Source of the DNA: a virus
Direction: 5' to 3' (one strand)
Length of the DNA: 64,000 nucleotides
Virus record (IMG/VR): IMGVR_UViG_3300010413_000019
Span: 7,682-71,681 of that record
Part shown: positions 57,701 through 64,000 of the stretch, in pieces
Numbering within the stretch: position 1 is the stretch's first letter
How the letters are laid out: the number at the start of each line of letters is the position of its first letter
Made by a program: the position numbers and the translations under genes
The notes under the pieces: model-generated
Databases searched by the model: none
What the model was told of the DNA's origin: nothing
Seen by the model: the letters and a program-made list of their open reading frames with translations, nothing else

Positions 57701-60700
57701 TCCAAAGGCCGGCAATAACAAGGGCACGTTTATCGGTACCCAGTTCTTCAACCAGAAGTCTGATGCAGTGGCCAGTGCCCTTACGCACTCTCCGATGTCC
57801 CTACTTGTCAAATCAAACGGTGACCCAAAGGTAGGTGCCAACAGATACTTCGATGACGAGTTGATCGGAGCCATGATGCTGAGCTCATTTGATTGGTTGG
57901 CTCAGAACTACCAGTCTACGCTGATCAAGACACCTGAGGATATCAACAGATTCCTCGGCCGCGAAGAGGGGACACAGGTTACTGACCGTGAGATGGACCT
58001 GCTTGCTGAGAAGGGTACCTACAAGAACCTGATTGTCAGTGAACTCGGTAATGCTATCTATAAACAGCTCGGTATGAAATTGAAAGAGGGTGTGGATGGC
58101 AATGCCGAGGGAAGACTTATCAATGACCTGGGCGCCAATGCATTGCGTGTTATGGAGGAGATGGGACTTCTTGTTGAGCACAGCGTTCCGACCAAAGAGC
58201 TGACTGAGCTGAAGAAGGGTACCGCCTTTGACATAGATGAAGCTACGGCCGAGAAGAAGGTTACCTTTGTCCGTGTCGCATCTACGGGAGACCTTACCAC
58301 ACTCAAAGAGGTTCCCACAACCAGAGCCAAAAGTTTCATTGACTTCTACAAAGGGAACGGCAAACAGATCGCCGAGTCATTCGGTGTTGAGTCCTTCACG
58401 ACCGGTCCGACCTTCGAGAAGCCGACAAAGGTTGTCAAGCAGGTTCAGCGCTCTACACTGGGCGTGCCCCAGAAGAACCGTGATGCTATCAAGAAGCAGC
58501 AGGAGACACCTTGGATCGTAAGAACCAAGAACATGGAAGTACTTCGTAAGCTTCCGGCCAAGATGGTCTATAAGATCGCTGGTTATGTGGAAGACCTGGA
58601 CACAGTCCATGCCGCGCGTATCAAAGCGGTCAAGGGTAAGAACGGTGCTATCGAACGTGAGTATGAGCAGTTGATGCAGTTCGCTGAAGGCGCGGAGGCG
58701 GACAAGCCGTTCTACTTCAACTATGTCTTCTGGAAGAATGGGCGTTACGGTGTTGACAGCAATACAGTGAACCCTCAGTCCAAGAAGCTGCACCGCCACA
58801 TGATCGGTATCAAGAGCCATGATATCACCATCAAGCCCGGCAGCAAAGAACTCGAGCAGTTCAAACTCGCTGTCTCTATGGCATTCGGAGGAAAGGTCGA
58901 TAAGTGGTCAAAGCAGCGCTCACTCGATCACTTCGATACAGTGGTGAACGACCCGGATGTGCAGGAGGCACTTGGTGTTGTTGATATGATGCTCAAGAGT
59001 GACAAAGAGCTGAGCAGCAAAGAGCTTGATCCGATCTTCAAAGCGGTGGACGGCCACGAAGAGTTCCATACTCTCGATGCACTGATCGCCCTGCACGGGT
59101 GGGCCGTTGAAGGTAAGAACGGGACTGAACCGTTCAAGACCGGGCTGGCAATGGAGACCGATGCGGTAACCAGTGGTTTCATTCTGACTCTTATGCAGGC
59201 ACCGCTGGTCAACGATGTTATGGGTTGGCTCAACAAAGGCGGTATCTATAAGGGGCGCGACTTCGACAACTTCGGTGACTGGTCGGAGACTCCGGGACAC
59301 CTTGACAGTTACCAGACCCTGGCGAAGAACGTCCATGAGAGAATTGCGAACCACCCTAAGATGGAGATCCTCAAAGATCTCGTTGGTTCCCTCGCAGATG
59401 AGAAAGGTATTACCGGCTTCGGTCGTAGTTTTATGAAGGCACCGTTCATGACTTTCATCTATGGTTCGAGTATCAACAATATCGTTGAAAGCATCGGTGA
59501 GAACGCGCTGGAAGATCTCTATAAAAAGATCGAGAAAGTTGTCATGGAGAAAGACCGTGAGGGTCTGATCTCTATCCAGAAGCAGTTGAGAGACCTGGGG
59601 ATCCCGGCAGTGATCTACAAGGATCCGCTCAAGCGCATGGATAAGAGGTCCGAAGAGATGTATAAGGACATCATCAAAGAGACCTACGGCAAGGGTGTGA
59701 AAGAGTATCTCGAGACCGAGTTCGAAGGTGTGGTCAACTACCGCAAGCAGACCAACAAGGCATTCAAGGTTATGTTCGAAGCCTTCGATGTGGTCTTCAA
59801 AAAAGAGGTGGCAAAAGCCAAGGAAGCAAAGGGTGGATTGGAGCTGACCAGGGGTGAGATCGATGATATCGTCAAATCACTCCACAGCATGTTCCCCGGT
59901 ATCAAGCCGATCTTCGGTAAGAGTGCTGATGAGAAAGTCTCGGTCATCGACAGGTTCAAGGACCTTAACATCGAGGATCCAAGCAGAAAAGTAGAGAGCC
60001 AGTTTGTCAGCCGTATCAAACCGAAGCAGGGTGATGTGCTACCGCAGCAGTCTACCTCATGGTCATACGACTACTCGTTCCAGGCGTCTGCCGCAGCCGG
60101 CCCGGTTGTCACGATCCACTATATCGATGGTTCGATCATCACAAGTCCGCTGATGGATTTCGATTCACTGGGTGTGCATGATGCGGTGAACCACAGCCTG
60201 AGCAATGTCGTGGAAGGTACGCGCTCTTATAACCGTTCAACCCTGAGGACATCTGCCTCATACAGTGTCTCGGCTGAAGTACTAAAAGCACTGAAGGCAA
60301 GTCTCGGTTCGCTGTCTACAGATGAGATGAAGACCCTCAACAAAAGTCTCGGCAAACTGAGTGCAGCGGAGGTCTACAAGAACTATATGGACATGGCCAA
60401 AGAGATCCAGCAGAAGCGTAAAGAGATCTTCTCCGGTGTCATGCGTGTGGCTCACTCCTCCCACCCAGACACTATGGTCGAGTTTGACTTTGCCGGCGAC
60501 AAGAAGTTCAAAGATGTGGATAGCACGGTCAATGAGGAACCAGCTCCGGCTGTACCGAAGGTAGAGACCGACCTTGATGCCAAGGACACAGTGGTCTTCA
60601 GTTCTAACGGCCGGGACTTCAACAGAGATGAGTTCAAGGCTGAGTTCGAGAACGAGGTGCAGTCAGAAAATGTGCTGAACATCTTCGAAGCGCTGGATGC

Positions 60701-63700
60701 CCATGAGAATACCAAGGTTGAACCTGAGTTCAGAGCACACATGAAACACGTCCTTTCTTCTTTGGTTCAAAAAGCCATGAAGCCGGCCGACAAGGTCTCA
60801 CTGAAGATCCGTAAAGAGGGTGATGAGAACTTCGGTGCCGAGGTAGGGCAGGACATCTTTATCAATGTCGCCGACACCAAGCCGAACGCTGCGGTCAAGC
60901 AGAGTGTCCAAGAGGTTTATACCCACGAGATGCTTCACCACGTACTCAAGTATGGTGTGGATGAAGTGTGGCAGAACCGCAGACATCTCGAGGATATGTT
61001 CGAACACGCCAAGAAGCATGTGACCGCTGAGGACTTCCTGCTCAAGGATGCTGACGGTAAGGTGATCTTCACTCATGATGAAGTGACAGAGCGTGCTGCT
61101 GCCCAGGAGATGTATGACTATATCTTCAACAACAGCGAGACTACGGCAACTTCCTCTGGGGAGTTGGTGAGCAATCACCTTCATGAGTTTCTGGTCTATG
61201 GTCTCTCCAACCCGCAGCTGATCAAGAAGCTCAAGTCCATCCCTGTTCTGGACAAGCGTGTCGACCCTGATGCATCGTTCTTCAGGCAGCTGTTGAACAA
61301 GTTTATGGATCTGCTCGATGTGATCATGAACAAGATCGAGGGAACCAAAGGGAAGAACTCATACGAGGCTCTCTATAACCTGTCCCAGACCATCGCCGGT
61401 GTGAATGCCAAGAAGACCAATCTGCTAAAGAGAGTAACGGTCCCTGCATTCAAAGGTGTGGAGAAACTCAACGACGTTATCAAAGAGGCGGTGAGCAAAG
61501 GCTCCGGGAAGGTCTTCAAGTATGTCGAGAGCAATCCGAACAACGTGGTGACCAAGTCGCTCAAAGCTGTGCGTAACATCCCGGTGATCACAGAGAACCC
61601 TGAGGTGATGGCAGCGATTAAACAAGTAGCCCGCAAGTTCGGGTTTATCGAAGATGGCGTCTTTGCGCAGATCGCCAAAGAGATCACAGGTGACCGCGAC
61701 AAGTACGGTGAGTGGTATGCACTGCTGCGACAGTCAAAGAAGATGATCGACCAGGCCCGTATGAATACGTCAACGCTCATGTCCAAGCAGATCAATGACA
61801 TGTTCTCCCAGCCGCTGGAGGATATCGAAAGACGTGCTCTCAACTCGATCTTCCTGGAGGCAGACCTTGAGGTTCTTGTCGGGGACTACAGCATGGAGGA
61901 CATCAGACTCATGCTCACCAGTGATACGATGATGGAGACAAACATCGATGTCCTTGAGGCAAAGCTGGCCAAGCTACCGGACAGCAAGTATTACATCAGC
62001 CGCGCGAGAGGTCTTGGTAACTATATGGCCCACAATACCAATTACCTGCGCACTCTGCCGATGAATGCATACACCATTGCTCAGATGCACGGTACGGGCT
62101 TAAAGCCTTCAGGCGACCCAGAGGTTGCCGAGAAGCTTATTGACCAGCTGGCAACGCTCTATGCCCTCAAATACTCAACACCAGAGATGAAGGCTATCAC
62201 AGCAAAGGTGATCAAGCGCGAGTACGACAGCGATCCGGCGGAGAACGGTGTGGCATTTATGCTCGGTACGCACAAGGCGTTCAAACAGAAGTCACTCGAT
62301 ACACTCTTCCGCGGGAAGAAAAACCTGATGATCAAAGGGTATACACGTGAGATCTTCGACCAGGACATCTACGTGCAGGTTGCTCCGTTGGATCATGAAG
62401 AGGATATGCTGCGTAAAGGCTTCAAGAAGCATAAGGTGTTGAACAAGCATCCTGAAGATAAGAGCCCTACACCTATGGCGCTCTATATCTCCAAAGACGG
62501 TATGGTGACACCTTGGATGAAGAGCATTGTCTCTACTACGGACCAGCAGGCCCGCGGTACCACACTGACAAAGATGCACATGGCCAGCAACGATCCGTTC
62601 AACAAGATCCATGCATCGGTGAACATCGATAAGATGCGTGAATTCAACCAGAAGGTTACCCAGCGCGAGATCAAGGGAGCCAAGATCGATAAGGTCAGTG
62701 ACTACCCGATCCCTCTCTGGGATGAGCACGGCAACATCGTTGATTACCGCTACACCATGACCAAGTACACCAAGGTCAACCTGATGGGTAAAGAGGACAG
62801 GGCGGATGTCATCCTTGGCCGTATGTATGGTTCACTGGTGGATAAAGAGGCAAGTAAGGATGTAAACAGCAAGGTCATGGACATGTTGTTCAAAGATTAC
62901 GAGGACAATTATAAGAAGGACCCGGAGGCATTTGTAAGGATTGCACCTGATGCGGACAAGAAGTACAAAGAGATCTACGACGTATTGCCTGATCAGATGA
63001 GATATGAGATGGAGAAGATGTGGGGAGGCAAGGAGCTTTATGTAAGAAGAGACATTATCGACCTGGTATTCGGATACCGTAAGATCGCTCTGGCGAACAG
63101 CAAGTTCTTCCAGGACAAGCATACTCTGCAGCGCATGGTGAAACTGACAGGTAAGATCTGGACAGAGTTCATTAGTATCGTGAAGGTGCGTATTGCGATC
63201 CTGACACCGGATGTCCTTATCGACAACATCATCAGTAACATGATCACGAGTATGTACTATGGTGTGCCGGCGGGATACATGATCCAGAAACAGCATGAGG
63301 CATTGACAGCACTCAAGCAGTATAAAGAGAAGTCCGAACAGCTGCAGCGCTTGAAGAACAAGCAGGAGGCAGGACTGCCGTATAGCAGAGCCAAAATGGT
63401 TCAGCTCGAGGAGCATATCCGTAACAACCCGGTCAAAGACCTGATTGATGAGGGTGTGTTCCAGTCTATCGTTGAAGATGTCGATACGAAGAACTTCCAG
63501 CATAGAACCAAGACGGGCCAATATGTGGATACCCTCGCTAAGAAGACTCTACCGGATGCTGCGGTACAGGTCGGTAAGCAGGCCTATATGACAGAGGATA
63601 CTGCATCGTTCCAGTTCATGCTGAAGGCTACACAGTTCAGTGACTTTGTTGCGCGATACGCTATGTATCACTATGAGGTTGATAAGAAGGGGACGCCTAA

Positions 63701-64000
63701 GGACAAGGCTCTTGAGAAGATCATTGAGACGTTCATCGATTACGATGCTCCGACCAATAGATATTTGCAGTGGATGAATGATATGGGTCTGGTGATGTTT
63801 ACGAAGTACTTCCTGCGCATCCAGCGGGTCATCTTCAAGATCCTGAAGTCTAATCCGGGACATGCGATGGCAGGTATCGTGGCTCAGGAGCTGTTGGGGG
63901 ATCTGAGTGACTCGATGGATTCAGGCCTGATGGATACCAACCTGGTGGATAAGATCCACCTAAGTCCGCTGCCTTATTTCGAGGAGTTCCTGTCGCCTCC
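54777..64000 (+). CDS. virion-encapsidated RNA polymerase (N4 gp50-like vRNAP), partial, >3070 aa
   Basis: Not in ORF track because it runs off the edge. ATG at 54777; motif A ETDAVTSG (~59154, frame checked against the ATG), motif B RSFMKAPFMTFIYG (~59424), motif C GVHDA (~60171), HEMLH at 60924 (frame checked). Confidence 0.95.
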   Translation, partial: MPDPFLPELDITVAKAIADADQMLKNSGFDVPSIATPSPVIQDGDTIDNKRIMGYDTAESFKSDKAQRILDQYGLDLDQQKALGLAGKDHLKELLKNPEYSQFEDKGFGAMGRRLTQNDPLAEKMISDGFAVPTDRYDPKKQELYRRAVEKETNLFGTNREEMESLRQYNIDRQKPGYLSRTGESVDAFQSGAVQAVGKLGDFVTDVVAWGADKTGSKKFAKFMDESFEKMSSSEYADKVTGFDRREANFAMAEATHQWKTGDYAGALKTALTTPEVVAESLPLMIEMMVGGGKAKEGLTGVKRLGSYLKANSGLAAVIGQETNAQAEEYETLHGEKPNAVKLAQMTAMNTVMFSLDRLTFKQITGLKDGLKSAAQALPDSTKMEIMKKAIALTASTGSAMAKEGAQEYVQTWGEILNVQAGTDLDSYMKVLNDEEAQREALTGGIMGAGAGGQIHLGAKAVKGTVDTVSQKVDETVKEIENTDKQVTGTAPSYDPVTSMTPFLDADPKTMSSVEKTQFVAAGQEELGKALDYYDTIVDDNPELAQEILTKAQDLMKVTQDIAEVDNVTKEAVAQDDKEAVDRTFGSIQLNMNVPVDTAETMLNSSHLDESQKASLSNYIERKNIYERLKGMGAVSEEVMSGKDSHFKGLDRFIPDIQNALKYSDGPEKAASLANKFATFAEQRVRKYNAVKDLYEKSKTEGPQVYEQKGFKPLVISAVADTAQGIKNSSKLVEQIKLEMEYSQSIKKEIDRIVPDASKAGAGDNQPHLPEVDFAGLDSTKEYKAADIRGTVEDLLRNPSKYPDSPTKTQFIQNNSKVINEIARDMKKSPEADTTGNPAKEPATEAKGETGVEAKAETKKEASKKPVEPQKAPQEKMVEEKVSEPSEPVSEPEVKAKPSVGSKLLTNTMKNTGVKGGAEIAITNWFEPKNRESKFAEGDNIFAVDSLDPQLQNTMLKQFNMFKNTFNNRVAAVLHPKAGNNKGTFIGTQFFNQKSDAVASALTHSPMSLLVKSNGDPKVGANRYFDDELIGAMMLSSFDWLAQNYQSTLIKTPEDINRFLGREEGTQVTDREMDLLAEKGTYKNLIVSELGNAIYKQLGMKLKEGVDGNAEGRLINDLGANALRVMEEMGLLVEHSVPTKELTELKKGTAFDIDEATAEKKVTFVRVASTGDLTTLKEVPTTRAKSFIDFYKGNGKQIAESFGVESFTTGPTFEKPTKVVKQVQRSTLGVPQKNRDAIKKQQETPWIVRTKNMEVLRKLPAKMVYKIAGYVEDLDTVHAARIKAVKGKNGAIEREYEQLMQFAEGAEADKPFYFNYVFWKNGRYGVDSNTVNPQSKKLHRHMIGIKSHDITIKPGSKELEQFKLAVSMAFGGKVDKWSKQRSLDHFDTVVNDPDVQEALGVVDMMLKSDKELSSKELDPIFKAVDGHEEFHTLDALIALHGWAVEGKNGTEPFKTGLAMETDAVTSGFILTLMQAPLVNDVMGWLNKGGIYKGRDFDNFGDWSETPGHLDSYQTLAKNVHERIANHPKMEILKDLVGSLADEKGITGFGRSFMKAPFMTFIYGSSINNIVESIGENALEDLYKKIEKVVMEKDREGLISIQKQLRDLGIPAVIYKDPLKRMDKRSEEMYKDIIKETYGKGVKEYLETEFEGVVNYRKQTNKAFKVMFEAFDVVFKKEVAKAKEAKGGLELTRGEIDDIVKSLHSMFPGIKPIFGKSADEKVSVIDRFKDLNIEDPSRKVESQFVSRIKPKQGDVLPQQSTSWSYDYSFQASAAAGPVVTIHYIDGSIITSPLMDFDSLGVHDAVNHSLSNVVEGTRSYNRSTLRTSASYSVSAEVLKALKASLGSLSTDEMKTLNKSLGKLSAAEVYKNYMDMAKEIQQKRKEIFSGVMRVAHSSHPDTMVEFDFAGDKKFKDVDSTVNEEPAPAVPKVETDLDAKDTVVFSSNGRDFNRDEFKAEFENEVQSENVLNIFEALDAHENTKVEPEFRAHMKHVLSSLVQKAMKPADKVSLKIRKEGDENFGAEVGQDIFINVADTKPNAAVKQSVQEVYTHEMLHHVLKYGVDEVWQNRRHLEDMFEHAKKHVTAEDFLLKDADGKVIFTHDEVTERAAAQEMYDYIFNNSETTATSSGELVSNHLHEFLVYGLSNPQLIKKLKSIPVLDKRVDPDASFFRQLLNKFMDLLDVIMNKIEGTKGKNSYEALYNLSQTIAGVNAKKTNLLKRVTVPAFKGVEKLNDVIKEAVSKGSGKVFKYVESNPNNVVTKSLKAVRNIPVITENPEVMAAIKQVARKFGFIEDGVFAQIAKEITGDRDKYGEWYALLRQSKKMIDQARMNTSTLMSKQINDMFSQPLEDIERRALNSIFLEADLEVLVGDYSMEDIRLMLTSDTMMETNIDVLEAKLAKLPDSKYYISRARGLGNYMAHNTNYLRTLPMNAYTIAQMHGTGLKPSGDPEVAEKLIDQLATLYALKYSTPEMKAITAKVIKREYDSDPAENGVAFMLGTHKAFKQKSLDTLFRGKKNLMIKGYTREIFDQDIYVQVAPLDHEEDMLRKGFKKHKVLNKHPEDKSPTPMALYISKDGMVTPWMKSIVSTTDQQARGTTLTKMHMASNDPFNKIHASVNIDKMREFNQKVTQREIKGAKIDKVSDYPIPLWDEHGNIVDYRYTMTKYTKVNLMGKEDRADVILGRMYGSLVDKEASKDVNSKVMDMLFKDYEDNYKKDPEAFVRIAPDADKKYKEIYDVLPDQMRYEMEKMWGGKELYVRRDIIDLVFGYRKIALANSKFFQDKHTLQRMVKLTGKIWTEFISIVKVRIAILTPDVLIDNIISNMITSMYYGVPAGYMIQKQHEALTALKQYKEKSEQLQRLKNKQEAGLPYSRAKMVQLEEHIRNNPVKDLIDEGVFQSIVEDVDTKNFQHRTKTGQYVDTLAKKTLPDAAVQVGKQAYMTEDTASFQFMLKATQFSDFVARYAMYHYEVDKKGTPKDKALEKIIETFIDYDAPTNRYLQWMNDMGLVMFTKYFLRIQRVIFKILKSNPGHAMAGIVAQELLGDLSDSMDSGLMDTNLVDKIHLSPLPYFEEFLSP

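Noticed and set aside
55174-63863. Many 60-230 aa ORFs on both strands
   Set aside because: They are shadows of the single vRNAP reading frame starting at 54777.
1-64000. Genome-wide UGA recoding (genetic code 4 or 25)
   Set aside because: Core genes are intact under code 11 and many end at TGA with ATGA overlaps (for example the DNA polymerase). Only the RHH gene shows an internal UGA.
1-64000. Integrated prophage with host flanks
   Set aside because: No host housekeeping genes, and the att region is flanked by phage genes on both sides.

Overview
The whole window is the genome of an N4-like phage (Schitoviridae architecture), about 64 kb, with no host genes visible. The left ~30 kb is read mostly on the minus strand. 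It carries the early and middle genes: a gp2-like coactivator, two-subunit RNAP II, SPFH protein, AAA ATPases, ThyX-like enzyme, dNMP kinase, family A DNA polymerase, gp42-like nuclease and primase. The right ~34 kb is the plus-strand late operon: tRNAs, terminase, tail, lysis, portal, capsid and a >3000 aa virion RNA polymerase that runs off the right edge. The likely genome-end junction lies near 29.8 kb, so the sequence is circularly permuted. Unusually for this group it looks temperate. It has a P4-type tyrosine integrase with an intact attP-like repeat array, an AlpA-type excisionase missed by the ORF track, a counter-oriented lipoprotein, and a divergent ribbon-helix-helix repressor gene interrupted by one in-frame UGA. 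The phage also encodes a tRNA-Trp(CCA) with a 4-bp anticodon stem, which raises the hypothesis of a readthrough-controlled lysis/lysogeny switch. Other notable items are an ~850 nt ornate non-coding RNA containing a 219-nt tRNA-capped domain, seven strand-specific C-GGAT-G hairpins (candidate phage promoters), a thermonuclease-like domain at the vRNAP N-terminus, and three tandem paralogs with a clamp-motif-like tail. All calls come from reading motifs by eye; no database searches were run.
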